Shown: positions 51,100-63,987, numbered from the whole stretch's first letter. The stretch is 63,987 nucleotides of DNA, filler included, from Reticulomyxa filosa (GCA_000512085.1; 17 parts of 17 records of this genome joined end to end with filler, not necessarily neighbours in it), one strand, 5' to 3'. Numbers and translations: made by a program. The notes: generated by a model from the sequence alone, not told the origin.

Positions 51100-52709
51100 C
51101 TGCTAGCTCATTGCAAGTTTGTCATTGATCACCATTTCATGTGTTTTGTAAAACGTTTCTGATCGAGTCAACGGTAAGTAACTTATACTTGGATTTCGGC
51201 CTCGCAACGAGTGCAATAGCAATGTGCAAGTTACTTGCCAACACGATATTCTCCGTTTTGGATTTGTTGTGCCACCAAAAGTCGTTCGTACTATCTCATT
51301 TCGAACAACTCCAAAGCACCAGCATTTATGGTTTGTTCGTCATCCAGTCTACGCTTTCCCACAAAATATTTTGGTATTGAGTCAAATGTTTGAACACAAA
51401 TCCGGTTACTCCCTGGATCAATCCTTTCCAACGCATATGGCACTATCTTTTTTGGCTCATTCAATTAGCTTTGTTATAATTCCAGTAATGCCATCAAAAA
51501 GATCTGATTTTTGTATTTTGTTTTTTAAATGTATGCGAATGATTACACTTTCGTACTTTTTTTTAAAAAAAAAGCGAAAGATAGGAACGTAAACAAGAGT
51601 AATTTGTGCCAAGAGAAATAACACATCAAATAAAGCCATCACCGACATGTTTTGGCTTTCATATCACTTGTTGAATCCTTCTTTCGGCTTGATAATCTCG
51701 TCCAACGTCATAATTTGCGTTGCTTGACTGACGGTAGTTGTGACTTTGTAAGTAGCTCCAAAGACTCCGGAAATGGTTTTGGACGCCAAACTCGATGTCC
51801 CTTTGTTAATGCCGCTGCGAAGGCCATGGGACTCCCCACTAGCCCTTGGGCAGGCTCGTAAAAGAAATCCTTAACTCCCGTGCCCACGTTCACAATCAAT
51901 TCCATCGAGTTCCCCAACAAGTTTAAGATCCGCTCAACGCCTGTTGGCGATAATGCGATACAATTTGATCGATCAACGTCTCCATGCATCTGTACGCATT
52001 TTCCACCGAAAACGAATTGAATCTCATCGGCACACTTTCAGTGTCTCCAAGCATGGTTATAATAGTATTGATCAAGTTTGTGACAATCCATACGATTTGA
52101 TTGATACCTATCGGATGCAGTCGACTTATGGCATCCACGCAAAACGATATATCAATTGCCAAGGGTTGAAAATGAAAAGTTTTGAAAAAGTATCGTTGCA
52201 AAGCTCCAGATAGAATTCGAGATATTGTCTGGAGTTACACAAGATAAGTTATGTATACGTATACGTATTTATTTATTATATAATATTTATATATATGCAA
52301 CCTATACATATATATAAACACATCTAATCTTAACCCGGACTTCTTTATCATATTCATAGCTAAATGTCTCTTCGATAAACTCTTGATCAAACCTGAAAAT
52401 GCCCAAAGCAACGTTTCTTCAATTTCGAATTTCATTTTTTGGATTAGCACGTTGAATCCTTGCACGAAAATCAGATTGGTGTGTCTCTGACATCGGCAAT
52501 GTTCAGACTTAATTGCAAAAACAGCTTCTTTTGCTTTGAAGGCTAAGGGATGGGTGCGAGCAACGAACAATAACGAGCGATCACCTTTGGAAATGGTCCA
52601 CAACTAACTCCATTGTCTTTTGCTCGATGCTTTGGTGGATCTTTGCGGAAATCTTGCTCGTACTGAGATATAGAAGCTCGCGGGGATATTATCGACGACG
52701 CTTATTCCA
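51100..52709 (-). pseudogene. VPS13: VPS13 C-terminal (APT1/ATG_C) region, frameshifted
   Basis: GISVVDN..ELLYLS, YFFKTFHFQPLAIDISF, IVSHYRQQAL, LLGNSMELIVNVGTGVKDFFYEPAQGLVGSP and KGLIQGVTG. Multiple frameshifts and stops. Confidence 0.9.
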
Positions 52710-53384
52710 NNNNNNNNNNNNNNNNNNNNNNNNNNNNNNNNNNNNNNNNNNNNTTAATTAATTAANNNNNNNNNNNNNNNNNNNNNNNNNNNNNNNNNNN
52801 NNNNNNNNNCTATTATCAATTATTGGTAATGTATCCTTCATTTTCACCAACTTATAACTGCTTCTCTTTCACGTTTAAATTACTGTTTTGCTTAATTGAA
52901 AAAATAACACAAAATGGCTTGATCTTCAAAATGTGAAAAAAAGAAGATGTAAATAATTATTTCAAAAAGAATTAAATTATGAATTTGAATGTGATTAATC
53001 TCGAAATACGCACAACATTTAATTGCCATAAAATAAAATCTTTCAAAGATTTTCCAAAAATATTTATTGTGTTTGTCGTGGTGAAAATAATCAAATTTCT
53101 CATTAAACAACAATGAGAAGAACAAATACAAACAAAGATATGACATTTGGTTAATTACTGAAGGACATCAAATTGCTGATTTTTTATTGTTGAGTAATTA
53201 CATGACAAAGGTCCCAAATATTTGGAATATCCAATAAATTCAATTAATTAATTCGGTCACAAGGAAGACAAATGTGTAATATCTAAAAGCTGTTTTCAAT
53301 AACGCAATCTCGGAAAAAACACACATCACGTATAAAAAAAAATAACTCATGCAAAAAAAAACACAACTACTTACATTTTGCATT

Positions 53385-53495
53385 GTTCCAATTACTTTAC
53401 TGCAAAGATTAACGTTGCTGTTCTGGAGGGTTTTGGATGGTGTTGGGTTCCATATCCAACGTTATTGTTTTTCCCGTCAAAGTCTTCACAAAATT
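53385..53495 (-). pseudogene. Ubiquitin pseudogene fragment (absent from ORF track)
   Basis: FVKTLTGKTITLDMEPNTIQN-PPEQQR, then frameshifted IFA..K.LE. The VKAKIQDKEGI segment is deleted. Confidence 0.9.
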
Positions 53496-55644
53496 GTTTT
53501 GTTCACAATAACAAAAATGTACCGTTCAGAAAAAAAAATTACCACTTGAAAAAAAAAAGGTGCTACATCAAAAAAAGAAGTCAAGCTAGCAAAAAAAAAA
53601 ATAGTTACTTAAAAAAAACAACAAGCCATGCAAACAAATTTTAGTTTTACTGTACAAACTTAACATTTGCATCGCCATCTTCTATCTTTTGATTGAAATT
53701 CAAGTTATTGAAAAATCAAAGCTACGATCTAATATATCAAATGCCATCAATGCAAATGTAAACATTTAATAAAATAAGCTATTCGGCCGCATCACTGCGA
53801 AACCTATTTAAAAAAAGTGACAAGACAAAACAACGTGTGGTGATATCGTCAAATGAAGAAAAAGCAAAGATACGATTGAAGGAATACGACCATTGTCTTG
53901 CCCAATTCACAAAGAAATGACCAAATAGATGAAGTGGTTTCGACAATTCATTACAGTTCATCTTTCCCAATACCAAATTATACGTCCACGTTTGACTTTT
54001 TCATTTTATTTATTTATTTCAAAGTGATTCTTGGCAAAGTCCGTATGGTATGACAAATGTGACTTTGTCGAAGAAAGAATTTTTTCGTTCAAAAATTCTT
54101 TCAATTTAGGCTATAATTGGTGTAGTGGTATTTTCTATTGCAACAACGACAAATACATATGATGCATAATATTATGTTATATTATTTGTTTGAAAATTAA
54201 ACAAAAAACGAAACTGAGTTTTTCATAATCCAAACAAAGCCTATCGGAATTCTATGTTTAATATAGCTTTTAATTGCTTTTTCTTGTTTAAGGCAATTAC
54301 CTGGAAGAATTTTTTCTAATTATTTTACAAATTATCGGTTTTAAATACGGCATTTTGATTGGCCGAACATTAAATGAGATCTTTCTTATTTTACTACGCT
54401 ACTAATTGTACAATAGATTGTCTAAAATCTATCTTTAAAATTTCCTCTTTTGTTAGTCTTTACTAATTCGTTGTGACTATTTTCTCGGCCATTCTTTTCC
54501 TTGGAAGCTTTTTTTTATAGTTTTCGTCGGAGCCAATAGAATCCCTGATATGTCTTGTCTTTTCACTATTTACAAATGGGACTGTTCAGCACTATATTTC
54601 GAGCGACGTTAAGAAAAAAGCGCTCTGGCCAGTCGAAAACTGTTATAATACAAATGTCACAACAGACATAATGTAGGATATTGCTAAACTAAATATGTAA
54701 TTTTATTCGAAATTATTTCATCACATTGCAATATCATTGTAAAGTAGAGAAAAAATGATCAATATGTCTACATCTAATTGGCGCTGAATGATAAGATAAC
54801 GGTTTAGTGTCATCGCAAGGAACAACCTTTTTTATTATTATTAATTATTTATTTAATACAACAAATATGTTGACATTTTAGATTTAAAAAATATCTGATG
54901 ACCAATTTGTACTTTTTTTTTCTGTTAAATTGGATCATTATCAAAATAATCTATCACTTGATGGTAATTCGGAGCTGCTTTTGTCAAATACTATCATATT
55001 TGTTTATTTCCAACATTTCCAGTGACCGAAACATGATAGATTTTGCCAGATATCTTAATATTTTATTGTTTCATCTTTTTCAACTACAATACAATGTTCT
55101 TTGTTTTTTTCGTTATCTTACCAGCAAATTTTTAAATTGTTCTGATAAATCTCTTGATCTTGTTGTACATGCAGATCACCCAAAACTAATGCTAATTATG
55201 CTGTCATATCTTCCTAACTATATAATCTACTCCGCAAAAACAAATCAGATTAGTCCCCCCTACATACGTTCACTTGCAAACAATGGACTTCCATGATAAG
55301 TTATATTTTGATTTGTAAATGGAATAATATCAGTTATTTTAATATAACCGCATTCCAAAAGTAACAGTACTTGAATGTAAATTTTTTATTGTATAAATTA
55401 ATTAAGTAATAATCTTCTGTTTCATTACGCAATATTTCCTTTTGGAAAGTCTAAAAATGAATTAGTTGAATTTTTTGAAATTTCAAAACCATATAATACG
55501 TACGTATGAATTGACATTTGGTTCAAATGTTTTGACGTAAGGTACCAACGGGGGAATGCGAAATGGTGGAACATATAGCTTTTGTTAACTGTTCAAGCTT
55601 TTTTGTGTAATTTTTTTTGTTATTGTTTGTAAATTTAAAAAGAA

Positions 55645-57025
55645 ATGAGAGAAGTTCTCACAATTGAAGCCGTCCAAGCCGGCATACAATTAGGCAACGC
55701 CATTTGGGAACAATACTGTGCAGAGCAAGGAATTGACAACGCTGTCAAAAGAAAAGAGATCGCAGGAAAAGATTACTTTTTCGAAGTATTCGTTGAAGAA
55801 ACAGGTAGTGGAGAATTTGTTCCTTATGACACTGCAGTTAAGTACTCCATTTGGTTTTCGTTTTTCCGCATACGTATAATAAATGAGATAAAATAGTCTG
55901 ACTTGGAACAAAACGTTATCGATAATGTGAAAAACGGTCCTTTTGCGGACATCTCCCATCCTGAGTTGTTAATCCATGGGAAAGAGGACACAGCAAACAA
56001 CTTTGCACGTGATCATTACACAATCGGTAAACAAACTATCGATAAAGTGAATGACCGATTAAGAAAACTTGTCAATAATTGCGACAACGTGAAAGGCTTT
56101 TTTATTGGCGGAGGCACTGGCTCAGGGTTGGGAGCCTTAATTTTGGAACGTTTGGCGGTTGATTACAGAAAGAAAACAAAGATTGGTTTTGAAATTTATC
56201 ACTTACCAAATTTGTTAACATGCGTAGTTGAACCTTATAATGCTTTATTGGCGACGCACTGGTTATTAGATCAAATCGAAGTGTCTTTACTGTTAGATAA
56301 TGATGCCATTTACGGGATTTGCCAGATGTAGATAACCTGAATAAATTGATTTCGAAAGTTATATCCGCCATAACCCCATCTTTGCGATTTAGCGGTGAAA
56401 TGAACGTAGACTTGAACGAATTTCAGACGAACTTAGTCCCTTTCCACCGTTTATACTTTATGACCACCAGCATGAGCCCCAATTATTCCAAAAGCTGATG
56501 TATCAACTGCGCCAAACGATGTCCAAAAAATTACCGATGATTGCTTTAAGCAATCGAACTGGTTTGTGTGAAATACACTGAATTCAATCCCGCTGAGGAT
56601 AAATACATGGCTATCTCTTTGAATTATCGTAGTGATATTAAGTCGAAAGAAGCTAACGCAATAGTACAGTGGTTGAAGAGCAACAATAAAGTCGCCTTAG
56701 TCGAGTGGTGTCTGACTGGTTTCAAAATCGGCTTAAATGAAGTACCAGCAGTACTTTGGAATCCGACGATATCGGAGCTTTTAGCAAAAACGCAATTATG
56801 ACCGCAAACAACACATGCATTTCCAGATTCTTTAGCAACACATTGTCCAAAAGTACGATCTGATGTATTCACAAAGGGCATTTGTCCACTGGTACGTAAG
56901 AGAAGGTATTGAAAAAGGAGAATTTGCTGAGCACGTGAAGATTTGTGCTTTTTGGAAAAAGACTACTTATATGTCTTAAGTTAGCAACCAACTGACGATG
57001 TTGGAGGTGATAACGATAATTCTAG
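55645..57025 (+). pseudogene. TUBA: Divergent alpha-tubulin pseudogene
   Basis: [93 protein letters not shown] and [10 protein letters not shown]. Stops, frameshifts and deletions. Intron at about 55838-55896 retained. Confidence 0.95.
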
Positions 57026-57107
57026 CAATCACGCAGGTGACAACAATTAAAAATTTTGATGAAGTGAGGATGAGATAGTGAAAGGTGTGAATAAATTGTA
57101 CTAAGAC

Positions 57108-57690
57108 TTTATTGACAAGCAAGCGACTACCTTGACCAGGCAATTAACAGATGTCATTTTGAGTTCCAAGATGTTTAATCAATTCGATTTGTGCATCGAA
57201 GTCAGTAAGGCTGTGTGTGTGTTACGTGTCGACGTTTTGGTCGCCTCACTCGATTGAAACCTCTTTGATGTCTGTTTACTTGCTATCAATGCAGCGTTAA
57301 GAGACTGTTTGCTTTTTTTTTAAAAAAAAAATTATTGTATTATATGATGTGACGTATACGTATGTGCAGTGAAAATTCCGGAGTTGAAATAATAAAGTGG
57401 GGTAGTGTCATTTATAACGAATGCCAAAAAAATGCATTGCATCGCTTGCCATTGGCATTCAATATCTATCCGTTCACTTGTGGCATTTTGGACAATCGCT
57501 TGCTCTGCGATCTGACACAAGATGAAAGTGAACTGTTGAGCAGTCTAATTACTATTATATTGAATGATAATATGAAATTGGTCTATTTGCACAAACCTGG
57601 AGGACAGCCTATCTCTTCGCAACAGTTGCAAAAGTCTTATCTGGCGGAAGAAAGGGCATTGGTCCTCAAGAAACTATTTCAATTTGACTC
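57108..57690 (+). pseudogene. RRP43: Exosome subunit RRP43/EXOSC8 pseudogene, 5'-truncated
   Basis: DLCIEVSKAVCVLRVDVLVASLD*NLFDVCLLAINAALRD|VKIPE...LLCDLTQDESELLSSLITIILND..KLVYLHKPGG. TGA at 57255 replaces the G of the DGN motif. Confidence 0.88.
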
Positions 57691-58598
57691 TATTATTTCT
57701 ACTTCTTCACGCCCTTCTCAAAAAACGTACCTTCCGCATTGTGACGCAGGAAAAATAACCCTATCTTATTCCTTTTTTTTTTGCTCATTCTCTTTACTTT
57801 CACTGCAGTAGTCTAAAGTTTCAAAACAAAAAAAAAAGATTTGTTCCATTGGGTTTGTTTGCTTCGACAATACTGCGTTGACGACTAAAAGAGTATGATC
57901 AAAATTGAAATTTTTATGTTTTGTTTCAAATTTGTCATTTGAATCTAAATTTTATGTATTCCATTATTAGTAGAACTTTAAAAATATTATCTTATATTTA
58001 TAATGACACTCTATGTATGCAAATTTTCATTGATCAAACGTAATTGTTTATTGAATTGAATGTGTGTTGAATGGATTTTACTTTATTATGTCAAAATTGA
58101 ATTATTGTTATGTATTTATAACAGCTTCTTTTGTTTTTTGCTTACGATCGTTTTTGATGTCAATCAACAATGTAAAATTATCCATTTTATTTTCTTTTAT
58201 TGTTCACCAAAACGACAAAATTATTACTTTTTTGAACGTATTTATGGGCTAATCAATTGTTTTTTGCGCGTTCAAATTACCATTTCCTATAATTTTGAGT
58301 AAACTATAAATTAAAACAAAAAAATTACTTGTTCATAAGTATGAAAAAAATGAAAATCTATTACCAACACGTACTGGATATGATTCTGTTTGAAACTGCT
58401 ACCGAAGAGCGTATTCACTTAAATAATCGCTCTTGATGAATTGATTTTCCAACTGAGTGTCTTCTGTCATGGGAAAATGATATAAAACGCCTTTTTTGCA
58501 CAAGATATTTAAAAAAAATTAAATAAAAACATTTTTTTTATTTATCGTTTCCTTTCAAAGAAAAAAACAGATGTAGTGGACGTTTTGGTGGGAGAGAG

Positions 58599-59900
58599 TT
58601 AAGTAGCCCAAACTGAAATCGAAACAGCACGTTGAGCCCATGTCTCCACTGAGACACATGAAAGTACAGGTAATCGAACAGAGAACAAAAGCTCTTTGAA
58701 TGAGCGATTGAAATAAACTGGAATAGCGACATGTACGATGTTGGATGGTTTTTTCATTATTTTCTTTTTGTTCAGACGCTATCCATCGGAATCTTGATAT
58801 CGGTAATAAGGTCACTTAAGACGGCACAGCCTGAGTGTTTATCCCATCCAGCACCAAACAGTGTTAATCCTTCAAAAATGAAGCAATTTGTGTCAGGAGT
58901 ATCTTTGCCTATTTCTAGTGATAAAACTAATGACTCCAAAGACCAGTGTTTGTCCATATTTTTTCGAGTAACGTATTGTCTGGTTGCAGCCATGAATCCC
59001 TCAGAACTGAAGATATCGCCCAACTATAGACATGTTTGATAAGAGTCTTGGATGTAATTGATTTGTGCCATCGAATTTAATTGTTTTGCTCGTTTAATAA
59101 AGTTTAACATCCAATATGTGACACTCAAATTCCCACCAACTACGTATAACGACCATTGCTTTGGGATCATTTCTTTGGACAAGTTGTGTACCACTTTTCT
59201 CGGTTCGTTTGTGGCTTTGATATTGCCGTCGGTGAATTGAATGAGCTGACTCAATTCATTCTTTACGCTCCTCAGAACTCTCTCGAGGCGATATCTAATT
59301 CTCTCCTCATAAAGTGGAAAAGAGGATTTTGAACAGAGTCAGATTTTTCCGGTAGTTGTCCCAATCCATGTGGCAACGACTCATCCATTTGCTGGCATTG
59401 TTACGAAGATCGTTTATCCATACTGGAAGTATTGCTCCTTCTTTATCTTTTTCTTTGCTCTTTCTCTCTCTATCTCTCTCTATCTTCATTGTGATGAAGG
59501 CGTTCACTGGTATTATCCAGTAGTAGTGTCAACTCTTCCATTGTGTTATCAGTCTCTTCGTCTTGCAATTTCAACAGGCACAAAACTCTTGCGCGCGCGA
59601 TTGGACAAAATTAAAGACTCTGTACTTAGGAGGGAGTACTAGCACGGCCGGATTGGACTCCCTCCTTGTCGTCCATCTCCAAGATCCATTTTTTTGATAT
59701 CGGTCAGTTTGGTATCGACATGCACGATAACTTCGGGGGATCATGGCATAAGGCTGGGTTTTGAATTTTTCTTTTGGAATCCACGCGTGTTGCCAAAGGT
59801 GACATATTTTTCTAAGAATATGACTTGGACATCAGTTTCTGTGATTTGAACAACACGAGTCAATACTTCTCGTTCCAAAGTTTGCTGACAATGAGAATGT
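58599..59900 (-). pseudogene. DYNC1H1: Cytoplasmic dynein-1 heavy chain C-terminal region, frameshifted
   Basis: DPLFHFMRRE, IPKQWSLY, FSSEGFMAATRQYV..WSLESLVL, FEGLTLFGAGW and the terminal IPVYFNRSFKELLFSVRLP..WAQRAVSISVWAT*. Many frameshifts. Confidence 0.9.
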
Positions 59901-60234
59901 TGCTGTTGCTGTTGAAGAGATTGACATGGGACCACGACAAAACCCAAATTGTCTAACTTGAATTGACAAAGAGTTATCATCAGCATCATCATCATCATTA
60001 TTCTGCTGTACTTCAACGAAGCGCGACGCTAAAGCAAAGTGTAGATTGTATGCTTCGGAATGGAACAAGTGCTGAACAAATGANNNNNNNNNNNNNNNNN
60101 NNNNNNNNNNNNNNNNNNNNNNNNNNNTTAATTAATTAANNNNNNNNNNNNNNNNNNNNNNNNNNNNNNNNNNNNNNNNNNNNAAAAAAAAAAAAAAAGG
60201 GGGAAAAAAAAAAAAAAAAAAAAAAAACATAACT

Positions 60235-61128
60235 TTTAAAAAAAACCAATTGCAATACGTTCCAATTCCCAAAGTCAAAAATCGAGTTCGCGACTTTCTC
60301 GCTTTTCAATTTCTTGGCATATTTGCTTTCGTTCTGAGGCCCCGTCAGTAATTAAGACGATAAAGGGCAACAGATCACACGAGTCCAATACGTCCAAGGC
60401 AGTGCGAATAGGTGCGTCCATGACCGTGCCTCCACGTTCCGGGCCATGCTGTTCGATCCACGACTTGGCCGCCTTGATTCTGTCCTCCGTGGCGGTGACC
60501 AATGTCTGTTGGAAATAAAACTGCCGATGATCAAAGGCACACACTGCAAATTTGTCCGACGTACGTAGTCGATCCAAGCTATGAAAGAGCGCCCGCGTGG
60601 CCTCTCGGAACGGCTCTCCGATCATCGATCCGGAGCAGTCCAATAAAAAAAAAACGCACGTCCAAACGTCGACGACAATGACGCCGGTGGTGTTATGAAC
60701 ACACACATCGAGTTGCTATTCTGGTTTTCCGAGTCAGTTTCGTCTTTGCGAATGGCATTTACTGTCACTGAGTCATTTTTCACATTATATGTCAGCTCAA
60801 AGTCGCGTCCTGTTTGGGTCAATGGTACCGTTTTTTTTTTTTAATAATATATATATATATGTATATAAAAAAAGGTATGAACAATTTTTTGTTAATAAAA
60901 AAAAATCCTTTTTTTTTTTTACTTAACTTCGGAAGAATACATAGGATGATTCATTTGTTCTTCTTTCTTTTGCACGGACTTGCACTTTGTTGTTTCCAGG
61001 TAGATGCTTCCATCATCCAATTGTTTTTGACTCACCTCGTGGGAAAAGACATGTATCTAAAAAAAAAAGCACGCATACATACCCCCACACATACATACGC
61101 AGGTTTTTATTCTTATCATACATACAAT

Positions 61129-61159
<31 letters not shown>

Positions 61160-61455
61160 TATATGTATAATAAACTTTGGTCTCCGTCGACAATGCGTTA
61201 ATTTTACAACGTACTTTGACCCTTTCTTCCCAGTTGGCATTTTCGACCATGGTGCCCTCTGGAAAGTACAATGGAACCAACAGACCATATCCCTTCTTGA
61301 AATACTCCAATGTTTGCAGATATTGGCATTTGAGTTGAATTGTGTCTCCCGCATTCACGCCGCCAAAGGGTAAACGAAACAGGTCAGGGATGTATTGCTC
61401 ATATTGATTGGCCGCCTCTGGGACAATGTCTTGTGTTTTCGCGGCTTTTTTGCGA
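60235..61455 (-). CDS. VIT/vWA (ITIH/VWA5-like) protein, internal fragment with frameshifts
   Basis: MIDAS LLDCSGSM.GEP, ERGGT, FIVLITDGA and TLGIGTYCNWFF. Upstream PDLFRLPFGGVNAGDTIQL and DFELTY. Frameshifts may be sequencing errors or decay. Confidence 0.85.
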
Positions 61456-61459
61456 TTTT

Positions 61460-61497
<38 letters not shown>

Positions 61498-61597
61498 NNN
61501 NNNNNNNNNNNNNNNNNNNNNNNNNNNNNNNNNNNNNNNNNTTAATTAATTAANNNNNNNNNNNNNNNNNNNNNNNNNNNNNNNNNNNNNNNNNNNN

Positions 61598-62613
61598 TGA
61601 TTTGCAACTTGTATTTCAGCTTGTATTTGGTTTTCACTTTGTATTTCATTTTGGATATTACTTTGATTTTCAACTTGCGCTGAAGGCTCATTTTCTTGAT
61701 GACGTACATCGAGTGGTATTTCTTGCACAATAGATAATGTATTTCGAAATTTAAGTTTATCACAAAACGACTATTCAAAAAACAAATGATTTTTTTTTTT
61801 GAAGAGAAAAAAACAAAATATATTAACTTGATAAATTGGCTCAAAGTTCAATTCAATAATAAAATCAGACTGTGCCACAGTAAATGTTGATTCACTTTGA
61901 TTTAACAAAGGAAATCTTTGTTGGATAAGCTGTAAGATTTCATTTTTTCTTTTGATTGAGTCAATGTTAGTATCAGCTGTTACTTGGTTGAACTTGTTGT
62001 TCCATTGTAACATTTCCAATTCTTTTTGTTTTAATTGCTCTATTACTATATTTATTTCTTCAGATTTTTGACTACCAAATAAATCAATGTAATCTAAAAT
62101 TTTTTTTTATGCTGTAGCATTTTTGATACCATTTCATCAAAGCTTTTTTCCAATTTTATTTTCTCTTGTTCCACTTTCTTTTTTATCAGTTCCATTTCTT
62201 TTTCCAATCTTTCTTTCTTTTTTGATAATCCTTTATTTTCTTCAAAGATTTTTTCCAGTCGCTCTTGATCCTCATTATTTAATATTACAGCTGGAACAAC
62301 TACTATTTTGTTAATAGTATCAACATAACAGCGACTATTAGGTGTATGTCTTAATATTTTGCATAAATCAATTGCACTCAATAAATTCACTTCTAATTTT
62401 TCACACAGCTTTCTATTTTTTAGTGTATCTTTTTCCATTAAAAAAAAAAAACAACCTATAGAAACGAAACTTGATTTCGTCCTCACGATAATCCATCAAA
62501 TCTTTAAGAGTCACACCAACACTAGAAAGCTTAATTGAAGTATCTTGAATCACCTTCAATCTATTTTCATTTAAGAATTGATATAATGCTTTTTCGTCTG
62601 TGTTATCTTGCAT
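61598..62613 (-). CDS. Hypothetical protein, SAM-like N-terminus + coiled coil, 3'-truncated
   Basis: LYQFLNENRL...KLSSVGVTLKDLMDYREDEIK|KLCEKLEVNLLSAIDLCKIL is a helical SAM-like pattern. It is followed by an E/K-rich heptad region. Confidence 0.55.
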
Positions 62614-63987
62614 TTCAACCAGTAGGAAAAAAGTATTTAAATGTAACCTAGATTTTTTTTTTCCCCGAAAACAAGAACAATTAAATGATTAAAATTTTAG
62701 TTATAAAAAATTTTCATTTTTGATTAACTAAGTCATTTTATGAAATTAGAAATAAAAATTGTTTCAATTTTGCAAATTTAAAAAAAAAAATGATTACTTT
62801 TTTTCTTGTTGATGCTACATAGAACGCAAAATAAAGTTGACACCTAAAACGGGCACATNNNNNNNNNNNNNNNNNNNNNNNNNNNNNNNNNNNNNNNNNN
62901 NNTTAATTAATTAANNNNNNNNNNNNNNNNNNNNNNNNNNNNNNNNNNNNNNNNNNNNAATATTTTATACATTCGAAAGATTTTGTTATTTGTTTTCAAG
63001 AATACACAAAAATGTATTTGTACTTATAATATTGTAAATATTTTTATAAAAAATGAAGAAATATTTTCATCAAGTTTTTTTTTTGTTTTAGGGGAGATCA
63101 GCTTTGCTTTATTTTTCTATCAATCAATTTTTTTCAAGAAACTAAATATGGGATAAAAACTTCTGTTGTACACTGATAGGTTTTTCGAAAGTGAAAATAA
63201 ACTACGAAATATGATTTATTCCTTTAAATTGAATATCTAATCACAAGGATTTAAATGATCATTTTTTTCATGTACGTTTTTTAAACAAGGTTTTTTATCT
63301 TTTGAAATATAGTGTTTGAGAGTATTTACATTTTGTTGTTTTCAAAACAAAATTTTTTTAATCTGAAACTTGGTGTAAAATTAATTTTTTATTATCAAAA
63401 AAACAAGAAACAAAAAAATATAAAGAAGAAATTTCCTTTACATGATTTAATTTGTTGTCATTTTGCTTGTTTGTTGTATTTTTAATGTATATAATTTATA
63501 AGTTTCTTTTTGATAAGGTCAAATATATTTCGTTCTGTCTAGAGATTTATAAAATAATCTTTTTTGAAAAAGCAATGTTGATTTAAAGTTTTAATTTTCA
63601 TCCAAGACAAATCTCTTTTTTTTCGTAAATTATTAATAACAATTTACATAGTTATACAATGTCACCACTTTTTTTGTCTCTTGCAGAGCATAGAAACAGC
63701 TCCTTTTTCAAGTTTATCAAATTTTTTTAATTGAAAAACACAATCTTTTTTCAAATTTTCAAATGAAATTCATATAAAAAATGATTATATATGTATAAAT
63801 CCTTCTTCTGTTATTTTGAAAAATTGTCAAAAAAAATAATCCTGGATTTTCAATGATAGTGTATTCTCTCTTATTTGTGCATAGTGTTTTATTTTCAGAC
63901 TAAAAATGGTCATGTCTTATCAATCAATAATTTTTTTTAATTGTTAGTTTTGTTGAGGGTACGTGTATTTAACAAGGACACTTAAAA

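Noticed and set aside
53770-53970. Coding-like segment (EKAKIRLKEYDHCLAQF), faintly like the UTP15 C-terminus
   Set aside because: Too short and degraded to assign without a search.
62959-63987. Final contig
   Set aside because: Very AT-rich, with no ORF, repeat or RNA motif I can support.

Overview
AT-rich, intron-rich eukaryotic DNA, not prokaryotic. The window is 17 unrelated contigs joined by an artificial 100-nt spacer (44 N + TTAATTAATTAA + 44 N), so gene neighbourhoods only mean something within a contig. The divergent alpha-tubulin, intronless WD40 and Kelch/TPR repeat genes and abundant pseudogenes suggest a foraminiferan such as Reticulomyxa filosa (inference, not searched). Apparently intact or partial spliced genes: PH+WD40 protein, BRCA1/BARD1-like RING+2xBRCT, myosin-TH1 + AGC kinase, WD40 repeat protein, RXYLT1/exostosin-like glycosyltransferase, a modular mucin/HYR type-I membrane protein, Kelch-X-TPR protein, ferlin, C2H2 zinc finger, adenylate kinase, BCAS3, AGTRAP-like and a VIT/vWA protein. 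Pseudogenes: kinesin, 2OG-Fe(II) oxygenase, VPS13, ubiquitin, alpha-tubulin, RRP43 and cytoplasmic dynein heavy chain. No rRNA, tRNA, CRISPR array or transposase was found. The most interesting leads are a repeated unnamed Cys-bracketed domain in the surface protein, an unnamed domain between Kelch and TPR, introns with T-rich 5' and A-rich 3' ends, a 240-bp foldback palindrome and a contig made of packed pseudogene fragments. All family assignments come from recognising motifs by eye, and exon boundaries are approximate unless stated.
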